Assembly: GCF_039654945.1 (NCBI RefSeq)
Contig: NW_027361712.1
Span: 19,778,001 to 19,842,000 of the forward strand
Direction of reading: 5' to 3'
Origin: Dendrobates tinctorius
Lineage: Eukaryota
Length of the DNA stretch: 64,000 nt
Under the pieces are notes generated by a model. It searched no databases, was not told where the DNA came from, and saw nothing but the letters and a program-made list of their open reading frames with translations. The first letter of the stretch is position 1; each line of letters starts with the position of its first letter. The translations under genes and the position numbers were made by a program. Below, in pieces: positions 22,801 through 34,610 of the stretch.

Positions 22801-25800
22801 CAGTTGGGCAAAGCATACTGCGCATGCGCGAGCCAAGAATGCTTAGCACATGCACGAAAAATGGTGGACACCTACTCCTATTCATGAAAAAACTGCGGAC
22901 GGCTGCCAAGGATGGGGAGGCGGCAAGATCGGAAACACCACCCATCGGACCGGACCGACCTCATTTAAATAGCCCTCCAAAAGTAGGTGACAGATTCCCT
23001 TTAATTTGTTTTTTTAACACTGCAGATAACACAGCAGGGCTCCCAACTGTCCTGGATCCAGCGGGACAGTCCAATTTTGACACTCCCACCCGCTATCCCG
23101 GCCGGGATTGCAGTTTTCCCGCGCTGCGAATCAGCCACCATGCCCACCTGTCGTTTCAGAAGGGGCTGTGTACCGATCGCCATATAATTCCCTCTATGCA
23201 CAACACACTCCAGAACAGAAGCCCTCCCTGGCTCACGTGACCAGTCATATGACTGTGACCTCATCCTATGTAACACCAGAGATAGCAGAGATAACTCTCG
23301 GAGAACAGATAATATAGTAGATGTCACCTGTAGTCCTATGTAACACCACAGATAATCTTACTCTGAAACGCTATGGCTATGTTCACATGCATTTTTTTCA
23401 GTAGCCAAAACATGTTCTATTGGCAGTAAAAATGTTGCATTCAAAACACCTGTTTTTCAGCTTGTTTCTGGTGTTCTTTACACTTATTTCAGCTTTTTTT
23501 AAAGTGTGAATGTTTGCTTTGTCTACAGTATGTTAATGGCCACGTTCACACGTTCAGTATATGCAAGTCAAAACCAGGCGGGTGAGAAATCCAGAAGTGG
23601 TGACATGTTTCTACTATACTTTTCCTCTGATTGCTCCACTGCTGTTTCTGCATTACAAATCCTGATGTGAAATCCTGACCAAATACTGAACGTGTAAATG
23701 AGACTTAATAGTTTAATTCACCAAAAACACTTAAAAAATTGCAGCGAAAAATGCCGTTGAAATATCTGCAGTTTTTTTTTTTATTCTTTCATTGCTTTCT
23801 ACGGGTGAAAACACACTGAATGAAGTGACAAGCTGCAGATTTAAGCGCATGCAGGAGAATTCGGAAATCTCATATGTTTCGCTGGCACTTTATAAAGCAG
23901 CTTTTGACCGTGTTCATATGCAGAATTTCTGCAGCTTTTTCTTCTGCAAATAAGAAGTTTACGGCATTTTATAGCACAAGCAAAGACTGAGATTTTCCGA
24001 GATCTCCTCACACCCTTTTATTTTCTCCTGACTGAATTTCACAACTGCAGTGTTTTTAAATCCGCAGCTTGTCACTTCTTTCAGCAATTTTTTTCACCCG
24101 TAGAAAGCAATGAAAAAATTTAAGAAAAGCTGCAAATGTCGCAACGTTGTTTTCGCTGCGTTTTTGATGAATAAAACGAACTTTATTAAACATGTACTGT
24201 AGACAAAATGAACATTGTAAAATAAAAAACAGCAAAGCTCTTAGGGTCTGTGTCCACAATCAGTAAACTCTGGATGCTGCGTACATCTGCAGCATCCAAC
24301 GCGCAGCATCCAGATGTTACAGCATAGTGGGGGGGATTTCTAGAAATTCCATGTCCACTATGCGTGCACATACTCCCGCACCTCACCAGCGGAGACGGAC
24401 ATGCAGCACGACTCTCCAGACCGCAGCATGTCAATTTATCTAACATAGATGCGAGTCTCTGCAATAGAAATCTCACCCCTACGATGTATTGGGTGCAGTG
24501 ATTCTGCACGGTTCAGTGACCACTCGTGGAATCACCTGCGTTCAACAGATGGAGCACATGTCCGCTGCGTCCAAAGTGCTGTCATTTCCGGATCGTCTGC
24601 ACATACCCTAAAAAATGGGCATTTTGAAAGCAGTGTTTTTACTGCCAAGAGAGCCGGCTTTGGCTGCAAAAAAAATGCACCAAAAACGCTGATTCCTATG
24701 CACACCTGTACTATATATACGTATGGTTTACCCTTATTTCACATGGGAATTCATTTATTTCTATATTATAAATCCCCGGATTCAGCAGACAATATCCCTG
24801 TCTTGTGTCATTCGGACAGCAGTGACAGGAGGAAGCCCTGTCACATTACAAGCAGTGATTAGTGACTGTGGTCAGAGCTGATGCTGATCGCTGTTGTATG
24901 TGGCTGTGAATCCTGATCCTACAGCGATCAGCACAGAGCTCTGGGACCACAGTGAGAAAATCCTTGCACTCTAATGTGTTATTGCTGCTCTTACCAGGTT
25001 CTGCGGCTTCACTTTGGCATATCCATTCTCAGGACAGTGCTAGGAGCAGCCATGATCAGGACTATGGAGGAGACATACAGAGCTGCAGGCATCTCCTGGC
25101 TGTCATTGTGCTGTAATCGACCCCTCCCCCTCACTCTCAACTTTTAACCTGACTGCAGGGAGAAAGAGACAGGGGGGGCTCAAGGGGATTTGCGAGAGAC
25201 GCTCCAAGACTTCAGAGCAATGCACAACATTATTCACTGTTGTACATCCTCTGGGCACTTCATAAATGGGCAGCAGATGCAGGGGGCCCCCTTTGTAGGT
25301 GGGGGCCCCAGGCATCTGCCTGGTCTGCCTGGTGGAAACGCCGGCCCTGGATATAGTGTGTGGTTCTACTCAATTATTGACAGCTAAGGCCTGTTTCACA
25401 CTACCGTTTTCTGGCGTCAGTCTAAATCCGCCAAAGTGTTGAAAAACGGATCCGTTACATATTTGGAAAAAACTGATGCACTGGATCTGTTTTTTTGATG
25501 GCTCTGTCACAGCAGTTAGTGTAGGAAATTTAAAGCTACAGAATTCTGGAGAAAGAGAGAGACTTTTCTGTGCCAGAATGGATTTTGGGGTTAAATTTAT
25601 GGAAGGGAAATTCTTCTGGGCATGCTCAGTTTGGAAAAACGGAATCCGTCAACGGATTCCATGCTGCGATGGATCTGCCACCCACAGGCGTCCATTATAC
25701 CAGGCGACGGATCCGTCACCAGCCGTCTTTTCGACGCAGACAAAAAATGTTCCTAGGGATGTTTTTTCTGGCTGACAGACCCAATTTTATGACGTATCCG

Positions 25801-28800
25801 TCGCACAACAGACCCAACGGAAGGCCATCCGTCACAATCTGCCACCAATACAAGTCTATGGGGAAAAAGATGGATCCTCCAGGCAAATCCGTCAGATCCA
25901 TTTTTTTTCGCCAAACGGCAGATTTTGACTGATGCCAAAAAATGGAAGTGTGAAACAGCCCTTACTCTGCATGCACTGTCATATAGGGACCCGCCACTAG
26001 AGTCTTGCATACAAACAACAGGGCTATCAATGAATAAAATGTATTTCAATGAATACAAATGTTACTGAAACTTTTCACAAAAAGATGTAAATCAACGTGC
26101 TCAGCTCCTCCTCCTGCTCTTTAACATCCTAACTACAGATCAGACTGTTTTCAACATGATGGGTTCTCTTAAAGACCCCATTCACATGTTTATGTTTCAC
26201 AAATGTGTTCTATCACGAATATTTAACATGCTCACGTGTCACTGATTGCCTGTAAAAACAAAAATGGAGACCTGTTTGATTTTGATCTGATTTGAAGATT
26301 AAAGAGACCCGTTCAAGCAATGTGTCCTAGCACTGTCTAGTTGAGAGTAGACACATCGCCAAACCAATCCTAAGTAAATGCTCCGCTGGACTGGTCCTGG
26401 TCACTTTGCTTATGACAAGTTGCACTATATAACTTGTTTGTGTACACATGTGTGATATTTGTATGGGACATCAAGAAAAGTATCGCAGAAATTGGTATAA
26501 TTGCAGTGTGAAAACCATGAGGGTACTGACAGCTTACCTGTAAGAACATTAGAATGAGCATAACTTTTCCTAAAGTTCCCCCTTATTGATCTAAATATAC
26601 TATATAATTTAGCAATATTCATTCTTGAGGAGGGCTTGGTAAAATGCTTTTTACTGCTTATGGTGGAGGTGGAGCCGCCGAGTCACACCTGTTGGGTGGC
26701 CATGACGTAAAAAACAAAACCAGTAGCAACCAGTAGCCACTGTGATTAAAGATCTTTAAAGAATTACTTGATTTGACAGGGAACAGATGTTTCATTCTTG
26801 AAAACAAATGGCCAATTGTAATGGTCATGACTTGGCCATTAGTCTGACCTTACTCTTACCTCGTGGCCATAAACGATGCAACTGCTTTTAGCCCCACCGA
26901 TCATCACGTTTGTGTGATTTTCACCGGTATTGCAAAATCTGATAATTGTGTAGCTAATAATTGCCTTGAAATACTGTGTTTGCTTTAAACCACGTCTGGT
27001 TCTGCCACCTAGTGCCATGCGTTGGATGCAGGGCATACAACCTCTATGTGTGAGCTGAGCTTGCATGCCAGATCATTTTCACTTACAATGAAAATAATTG
27101 TCATCAGTTGGAAATAAATTCTGCTCGATATAGTCACAATTATTCAGGCTGCGTGCAAATTCTAGTACATAAATTAATTTACTCTAGAATATGAGTCTAT
27201 CACACAGCCATTCACACTGGTTCTACACTAGTTAGCTGTAGGTGCCTAATGTGATTATTATGCAATACGCAGATGTGATACATCATACACACCTGAATTC
27301 AGTCATAGATGAAAAATGATTAAAAGTCGCTTGACCAAGACAGTCTCCAATGACATATGTAACACTAAGATCATGGTTTGTTTTTTCCAGCTCTTTGGAT
27401 TCCTACTGGTTGGAGTGTTCTCTTATGATGCTTATAACATTTACAAGACAGAGATCACAGACCGGGCAGCTGAGACAGGAGATGGTGAGCGCACAGAAGT
27501 GTGTTGACCCCCTATATACATGTCGTTTTCCTTCTGCAAATACATCGTAAAATGCTGACATTAAAAACTATAGGTTAGCAGTAACACTAGAATTATTTTT
27601 TTTGGTTGAACCTTTGCAGTATGCATCTTGTTAAAGGGAGTTCCCATCACTTTATTATCGGTAGGGGTCTGAACTATGGACTCCTTGAGAATGAAGAGTC
27701 CGTAGCGTAGGTGTCGTGCTATGCCCCCTTCTAAGTAGTGGCCTGTGTAGCAACCTGCAGCATAGCTGTATAAAAGAGGGCTGTGCTGTAGATATAGTGA
27801 AGCATGTGAAAACATGTAAATGGGTTAAAGAATTAAACCAATATTGCTTTTCCTTTATTTTCAAAATCAATGGCGATCCCAGAGTCCAGACCCCACATAC
27901 TATAAGGTCACATCATATGTGAGGATAGCTCAAGTCATGTGTGATGGGAATAAACATTTTATTGGCTAAATAGTACTAAATGTGCCGGTGCAGAACTAAC
28001 AACCATTTCATTACAATGTTAAAATTATGTCATTTATGTAATCAGAAATGTCAATATTGGCACCCCAGATCAGTAGTGAGCATTGTATCCACTGCCTATG
28101 CTAACCCCTTGTCCACTGCAGATGATATGTATCCTCCATGTGCACACATTTGTGGAGCTATGAATGAAGCAATTGATTTCTAGCTTGTTGTCATCAACTG
28201 AACAGTTGAAAAACAAAGATCCAATATTCAGTGTTTGCACAGGAGCCTTCTATTGTCGTTGCCACCATAGATGCCATAAGAGCAGAGAATAGTCGTATAA
28301 AGGATCATATAGCTTAAACTGTTTTGTGACATTTCCTAGTATAATTCTGACTTAGGCCTCGCTCACACAGCGTATAACACGGCCATTGTTTTATCCGATG
28401 GCATTAAGACCAAATGTATACTGTGAGCAGTGCTGATCTGCGTATTTATTCAGCATGGGAGACAAATCACAGCATGGTGCAAGTGGCTCTGTAAATTGGA
28501 TCACATGCACCTATACAAGTCTATGGGTGCGTGTAAAACATTGGACTGCACTCGGATGTCATCTAGTGCAGTCCAATTTACGCGGTCACAGACCATGGTG
28601 AAGATGGGGAAATTAAGGTCTCTTAAGGTACTGTCACACTTAGCGATGCACCAGCGATCCCGACAACGATATGGATCGCTGGTGCATCGCTAAGTGATCG
28701 CTAGTGAGGTGCCACACAGGCAGATCTCACCAGCGACATAGCAGCGGTCGGGGGTCGCTACTTACCTGTCAGACGAGGCAATCCTGACGTCCTCCCGCCC

Positions 28801-29686
28801 GCGTCCACGCGTTACTCGTCGGCGCCACAGGAAGCCCAGCAGGAAGCTGACGACGAGAAATGGACCAGGCCGATCTCGCGCGATCAGCAATAGCCAGCAG
28901 GGGAGCCGGTTGGAGGTAAGTATCAGACATAGCGATATCGCTAGCAATATCGCTGCTACGTCACAAAACCAGTGACGTTACGGCGATATTGCTAGCGATA
29001 TCGCTTACTGTGACGGGGCCTTTAGGCTAGGTTCACATTGCGTTAGGGCATCCATTTAACGTATCCGTTAAACAGATGCGCTAACGCTTATGTCATTTTT
29101 GTGACCTAGCGCTAACGGTATGCATTAACGCTAGGTAGTGCTAAGGTACCATGCGCTACCTACCATTAGCCCATACAGTTCTATGCACAGCGAACGGTTA
29201 CTGGCAACGCACCCAAAAACGCTGCAAGCAGCATTCGAGGGTGCGTCATGAATTAACGCATACTTTCTAACTCATGCCAATTTTGGCATGCGTTAGTACG
29301 CATATCATGGCGGCCAATGGGTGCGTTAACGGAGCCGTTACATAGCGTTAGTGCCGCTATGTAACGGATCCGTCAGCGCATTGCCCCGTAACGCAGTGTG
29401 AACCCAACCTAAGCCGTGAGAATCGGATCACAGTAAACTGACTCTCGGCTCAAACCCTGATCAGAGTGTCATTATCATAATCGAGACGATTCTCTGGCAT
29501 GACAGAATCAACGCTTGTGTGAGCGAGCCCTTAAGATTATTTCCCAGTGGGTGCATGAATTAAATAAATTGAATAGGTAATTTAGTTTCTAAAATATTTT
29601 CTGGAATTTGAAATAGCAGTCTTAAATTGCCTCTCAGGTCCTTATATCATTGACTTGCTTATTTCGTAGGTGCTGCTGATCAATAA
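10741..29686 (+). CDS. cmtm5: CKLF-like MARVEL transmembrane domain-containing protein 5, spliced CDS join(10741-10836,21282-21434,21848-21946,27391-27484,29670-29686), 152 aa
   Basis: Exon peptides resemble CMTM5 (GFSLDKEFLNSPKGRILLAEL; IFICFAASISSY..NWPC; DFLRCVSA; FGFLLV..YDAY.IYKTE; GAADQ*); GT-AG boundaries and phases are consistent; convergent with myh6 as in mammals. Confidence 0.88.
11253..11328. repeat. (TCTA)n microsatellite, imperfect
   Basis: Visible tandem TCTA/ATCT. Confidence 0.85.
11775..12284 (+). mobile_element. Internally deleted hAT element with transposase C-terminal remnant
   Basis: TIR CAGGGCCGGCCCGA; perfect 8-bp TSD CCTTTATG (11767-11774, 12285-12292); MTQERLIGLATISIESEVAKQIN..KKARK at ~11932-12059. 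Confidence 0.88.
12309..13210. mobile_element. ~500-bp repeat unit in partial tandem plus inverted arrangement (Penelope-like organisation)
   Basis: 12435-12701 repeats at 12942-13210; 12309-12430 is inverted to ~12728-12851; related copy at 34109-34610. Confidence 0.6.
13290..13847 (-). mobile_element. Tc1-family terminal fragment
   Basis: Ends in TIR GTGGTCTCTTAATTTTTGCCAGAGCTG shared with the elements at 56496 and 57332; left boundary approximate. Confidence 0.6.
13849..13879. repeat. (TA)n microsatellite
   Basis: Pure TA run next to a Tc1 TIR. Confidence 0.9.
13931..19195 (-). mobile_element. Non-autonomous Gypsy-like LTR retrotransposon (3' LTR 13931-15002; interrupted, truncated 5' LTR 16993-~19195)
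   Basis: Both LTRs begin TGTAAGATAGTGCTTACTG on +; PPT adjacent at 15003-15018; PBS TGGTGGAGAATGTGGGCA (tRNA-Ala-like) at 16973-16990 on -; decayed protease motif GLVDSG at ~16115-16135; no RT/integrase seen. Confidence 0.85.
17691..18972. mobile_element. Solo LTR of a second family inserted into the 5' LTR
   Basis: TG...CA ends; CACA flanks; host LTR resumes exactly after it (compare 14660-14700). Confidence 0.8.
20625..21128. mobile_element. Kolobok/T2-type MITE
   Basis: GGAATCTGTCAGTAAGA ... TCTTACTGATAAATTCCC|TTTAA inverted ends. Confidence 0.65.
21282..21434 (+). CDS. cmtm5: cmtm5 coding exon 2
   Basis: Pyrimidine tract plus CAG acceptor; VLCFVIFICFAASISSYSAAPLIELIITLMFLILFSSHYHLRLAALNWPCM; GT donor. 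Confidence 0.9.
21848..21946 (+). CDS. cmtm5: cmtm5 coding exon 3
   Basis: TAG acceptor; DFLRCVSAAVIFVVVSIVAAARSSGDAGAVTGA; GTAAGT donor. Confidence 0.9.
22176..25349. mobile_element. 3.2-kb composite non-autonomous hAT element with nested MITEs
   Basis: CAGGGCCGG ... CCGGCCCTG termini; perfect 8-bp TSD GATATAGT (22168-22175, 25350-25357). Confidence 0.8.
22462..23000. mobile_element. Kolobok/T2-type palindromic MITE (nested)
   Basis: TTAA TSD; AGGGAATCTG..ACCTACTTTT ... AAAAGTAGGTGACAGATTCCCT; whole element is an imperfect hairpin. Confidence 0.85.
25388..25961. mobile_element. PIF/Harbinger-type MITE
   Basis: TAA/TTA flanks; GGCCTGTTTCACACT ... AGTGTGAAACAGCCC. Confidence 0.8.
27391..27484 (+). 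CDS. cmtm5: cmtm5 coding exon 4
   Basis: TTTTTTCCAG acceptor; LFGFLLVGVFSYDAYNIYKTEITDRAAETGD(G); donor G|GTGAGC. Confidence 0.87.
28355..29530. mobile_element. Harbinger-type MITE with two nested Harbinger MITEs (28627-29020, 29025-29409)
   Basis: Outer TIRs GGCCTCGCTCACACA ... TGTGTGAGCGAGCCC with TTA flanks; each inner element has its own TIRs and TWA flanks. Confidence 0.75.
29670..29686 (+). CDS. cmtm5: cmtm5 terminal coding exon ((G)AADQ*)
   Basis: TTGCTTATTTCGTAG acceptor; phase-1 match to exon 4; TAA stop; C-terminus resembles mammalian ..GDQQ. Confidence 0.7.
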
Positions 29687-29719
29687 TGACTTATCAAGGT
29701 TTGGAAATTGATATAAAGG

Positions 29720-29725
29720 AATAAA
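29720..29725 (+). terminator. Candidate cmtm5 polyadenylation signal AATAAA
   Basis: First canonical hexamer after the stop codon; usage unknown. Confidence 0.35.
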
Positions 29726-30139
29726 ACAGATATTCGGACATCATCAGGATTTATTTCCTCATTATAATCTGTCCAAAACTAATTTCACCAACAACTTCTG
29801 GATTCTCAGTATTTATCAACAAACCTGTCCTGAGCCAACATATCGAAGTCCATGTGAGACATGCAATGTGAAGATCTGTGCCTTATTAAATGTGTGCTTG
29901 TCTACCAAGAAGACTTGTGTTTTACTATATAAGTAAATGTATCTCATTGTCCTGCCAACAGTATATTCAGAGGGTGGGCTACATGACCAAATTGACTCAC
30001 AAAACTGAGAAATATGCCTAAAATTGCATATAGTACAAAGTGTTATGAGCTACAGCTAACCCAAGTAGCGCTTTTAAAGTAAATGTAAAATTGGTATTAA
30101 TATGCTTTTTTGAATAGAGTATGTGGGATATTTTACTAC

Positions 30140-31158
30140 TGTCATGTGCCCCGTCCTGTGTGACACGGCCAGCAGGCCGGTAACTAATACAACAGGACAC
30201 AGCACGTGTAATTGTCCTGTGTGACGCGGCCCGCATGCCGGTAACTAATACAACCAGACACAGGGGATAGGGAAACATTTACAACGGTGGGCCCTGCGAT
30301 AGGAAACGAGGGACCTGGTGACCTCCTGCACTCCCCTGAGTCAGTGTCCCTAACGCTCCTAACGTTCCCTATGCCGGTTCCGCACCGGGCGCCGATCACG
30401 AACCTGACGCCCTAGCACACCCTACACCTATCCCTTGCTAGGGAGCTGGGTGGCGCAGGCACTGGCCGCACCGCTGCTCTAACACCAACATGAGGAAAAG
30501 TGACAAACAGGGAAACACTTAGCTTTGCTCTGATGCACTTGCTCCAGGCAACAGAGTCCAACACTTGAGTGCATCTTCCTCCCACCGTGTCCAACACCTG
30601 GCTGCAGCTGTCCAGCAATGGCATCCAGCACCTGAGTGCAGCTGTCCAGCAACAGAGTCCAGCACCTGAGTGCAGCTTCCAGCAAAAGAGTCCAGCAACT
30701 GAGTGCAGCTCTACACCATAGCTGCCACTCCACCAAGCTTTGCAAGAATTCATCACTGACACCATAGCTGCCACTCCACCATGCTATAGGCGAACTCCTC
30801 GCTGACACCATAGCTGCCACTCCTGTACTCTGACTGAACTGTCCTGGAATCTCCTCAGCTCCTTCCCTCACCCAGCATGGTTGGAAAAGCCCTAACAATA
30901 TCACCAATGCTGATTGCAACACCTGAGACTCTTTTATAGCAGAGCCAGCAATCACACCTGTTTTAATCACATGCACTAAACTAAAAAAAAACAGAGTGCA
31001 ATGACGCTCACCACCACCGGGGGAAACTAGAACTGAAAACACCAGTGTAATGACCATAACGGCCACCGGGGGCAAAATCCAACTCTGAGCACACAGCTCA
31101 AGGGAAAAAAAGGTTACTTTGTGCATTTAATCTGTCAGATCCAACCTGGATCATGACA
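30140..31158. mobile_element. Solo LTR with internal tandem repeats
   Basis: TGTCATG...CATGACA ends; perfect 5-bp TSD ACTAC (30135-30139, 31159-31163). Confidence 0.8.
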
Positions 31159-32460
31159 ACTACCTTTTGTCTTGAGCCAGTTAGGAGTGATCACAGCTAA
31201 CAATAGCATAACACAACAATCTGATGATTTAGGAGAGCTCTGATGAGCCACCAAGAGGTTTGTGTAGGAAACGCTCCATTCATCAGGGATAGTTATTAGG
31301 CAAATCTGGGCAAGAATTCGGCCATATTTTGCACCATGTGCTATTCACTAAATTCATATCTGCTTTAAATATTTCTTTACTTCTACCTCAAAAGTTTTGA
31401 ACAATGGTATTTATACTGTCTCATAAGGTTATAAATCTTATGCCATTTAATAATGTTAAACACCTCTTCCTTTGCATGTGTTTTGTGCATAGGAAGCTAT
31501 TGACTGATTAAGGCTCAAAAACTGTTTTTTAGTATTTGTTAATAGAGAAGTGAAATTAGATCAGAGTTGCCAACTTGACTTTTTATTTCTTTCTAGAAAG
31601 CCTATCAAAAAATCACAGCCAAGGAATATTTTTTACAGTCACACTGGAAAGCAATAATAAATCATTATGATTATAAGGGATCCATACCTACAGCCCATAA
31701 TTCTGATATGAAGACATTAACTGCATTCACTGCAAACTCTAAAATGAAGATAATTACAGTAAAAATAATCCATATAACTTTCTACAGCTTAAAAAAATCA
31801 TGGCTGCCTTAAAAAAAAATTATGGACAGGGCAAAAAGGTGCCATTTTTTACAGACTGTTTTGGAATTTCTATACGGTTGGTAATCCAGAATTAGACGTC
31901 TTCTTCCTAATATACTCTATCAAATCTTCATCTTAGGAGCTATTTCCCAAACCTTAACACAGCAACAACAGTTCATCAAAGCTGTAATGTTTGGCTTTGT
32001 ACCATGTGTACACCTGGCTGTAGCAGGAGTTAAAAATAGTTGATAATTGGGGGTGCTAGGTGTCAGAGTCCCACCAATCTAGGCAAGTCCTTTAAGGGCA
32101 GATGTTATTTTGGTTTCTGTCAATGGGATTCTGTTATCGCTAATGCTCTTCATGTATGCTCTAATTGACTGATGGCATAACAAAGATTATGGGAAAAGAG
32201 GCGAAGATATATTTTACATGAGCGGTAATAGGTTCACAATATCCCAGCACTCTCTTTTGTAACATGAACATGTGTCCCCAAAGTTTTTATGATCGAGATA
32301 ACATACGTGAGAGATCCCTGGACCATGGCCATTGTTCTATAGGATTCATTTGGAATCTCATAATAGTGTCAAGGTAGATTTGGCCTTCGCAAGGACTAGA
32401 ATTTTCTATTTTTCTCATAATCCAGTAAACTCAACTCTTAGGTTGTTCTTCAAATATATA

Positions 32461-33505
32461 TAGTGGCTTGAGAAAGAATTTACCCCCGTGGCGTTTTTTT
32501 GCGTTTTGCTGCCTCACAACCTGGAATTTGACTGTTTTTTTGAGGGTTTGTATCAGGTTTGTATGTAAAAAACATGCCTACAACTATGAACATTTGTTTT
32601 TCTCTTTATTTGTTGTTTGTTTCACAACAAATAGGAAAACATAAACAAACAACAAAATATTTTCAGTTAACAACAAACAACAAATAGGACAAAATAACTG
32701 AAAACATCAGTGTGCATGACATTTCACCCCCCCCTAAAGTCATTACCTTGTAGAGCCTCCTTTTGCGGCAATAACAGCTGCAAGTTGCTTTGAATAGGTC
32801 TCTACAAGCTTTCCACATGTTGCCACTGGGATTTTTGCCTATTCCTCAAGCAAAATGGCTCCAGCTCCTTCAAGTTAGATGATTCCTCTGGTAAAAAGCA
32901 ATCTTAAAGTCTAACCACAGATTCTCAATTGGATTAAGGTCTGGGCTTTTACTAGGCCACTCCAATACATTTACATGTTTCCCCTTAAACCACTCGAGTG
33001 TTGCTTTAGGCCATTGTCTTGTTGGAAAGTGAACCTTCGTCCCAGTCTCAAATCACTGAGAGACTGAAAGGTTTTTCTCACCATCCATCTTCCCCTCAAC
33101 TTGGACCATTTACCCTGTTCCTGTTGCCGAAAAACATCCCACAGCATGATGCTGCCACCACGTTTCAGTGTGGTGATGGTGTTCTTGGGGCGTTGAGCTG
33201 TGTTGGTTTGGAGCCAGACATAGCGTTTACCTTGGTGGCCAAAAAGTTAAATTTTGGTCTCATCTGACACTAGCAACTTTCTCCATACATTTGGGTAGTC
33301 TCCAACGTCTTTTTCCAAACTCAAAATGAGCCTTACAATTTTTGTGTGTAAATAAAGGCTTTTTTCTGTCCAGTCTTCTAAAAAGGCCAAAAAGACCACC
33401 TATATGGAGTGTATGGCTTATTGTGGTTGAATGGACAGATACTTCAGTCTTTGCTTGGGAACTTTGTAGCTCCTTCAGGATTACCTTTGGTCTCTGTGCT
33501 GTCTC
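32461..33505 (-). mobile_element. Degenerate Tc1-like transposon
   Basis: Tc1-type TIR at 32461 after a TA run; transposase remnant on - (RKKP.L..K..KAH.EF, SDETKINFFG). Confidence 0.75.
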
Positions 33506-34108
33506 TTTGGCTAATAAAAAAAGACTGACTGTCACTTCCAAACAGAAAAACTTGTGTGTACAGGTGCAAACTGAGAGTCTTGCACTCTGTAGTGCTATAT
33601 ATAGCATGTAAACAGGAAATATATGAAATTTGAATTGCATTACTACTCTAGATAATAAGTAAAAAATGGAGATGCTGAGCACATAATTTGGCCAATTGAT
33701 GCGGGCCCAGCAGCCAATGGCAAGGCGATCTTTGGTTGCTGGGAACCTGTATCTAATGTGAATCCTCTCCTAGGCTGAAGTCTGCATTTATGGGTAGGAT
33801 CTTGCTGCAACTAAAAAAAACGCCACAGGCTGGTGGGTGGAGTGCTCAGTCAGAGAGCCAATATACAAATATCAAAAGACCAACTGTCACTTCCAAACAG
33901 AAAAAATGGAGATGCTTAGCACATATGTATAAGTCTGGTTAAAATACATACATATTGTTGTCTTCCCCGCCAGGTTCCAGCTCCACTCTTTTTCCCACTC
34001 ACATGAATGCAATGCCGGCTCGCTGGATCACACTGGGATCTATGTGTGAGCCGGAAGTCACTTTTCCAATGTAAGTCTATGGAGCATTCTGACTCTGCAA
34101 GGGCTCTA

Positions 34109-34610
34109 ACATGAAGACCACAAAAAGAGGAAAAAATCCTCCAAAAAATTCAGCTACAGACCAGACAGGCCCAAATGCATCTGCACTAATCCAGGGTGCA
34201 GCTGACCCAAGTAAAATGGCAGCTGCACAGGTGCATAAATACAAATGAAACAGCCAGCCTACAATCAGGGATTGGCCGTGTGGTACACCAGTGCAGAAGA
34301 AATAATCCGCATGTGGCAGTGTCCACACAGGGAATGCAGGGCTTCTGGCTAACAACCTCTTAGTAACACCATATAGGGGGGCTGCCCAGTGCCAACTAGA
34401 ATGCATCCCGTGTGAACAGAGGCCACAAGTTTGCAGAACCATTTGGGCCCAACTGCACCCTGGAAAAAATATAAAACGTGCACAACAAACATCAATATAT
34501 GTAAGGTATTGGTTGATATTAAGGCCTTAATACGGAAGCTGACAAACTGCGTCAAAGTTCCTTACACTTGTCAGTCCCTACTTAGTGCAGATGCATTTGG
34601 GCCTGTCTGG
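34109..34610. mobile_element. Single ~500-bp unit of the 12.3-13.2 kb repeat family, with 15-bp TSD
   Basis: TCTGCAAGGGCTCTA at 34094-34108 and 34611-34625; short inverted segment at one end. Confidence 0.7.

Noticed and set aside
22381-23240. Similar ORFs on opposite strands (also 37152-37589)
   Set aside because: Artefact of palindromic MITEs
31240-31286. CTGATGA...GAAAC hammerhead-like core
   Set aside because: Stem II closes poorly, and no stem III/NUH plus stem I pairing can be drawn
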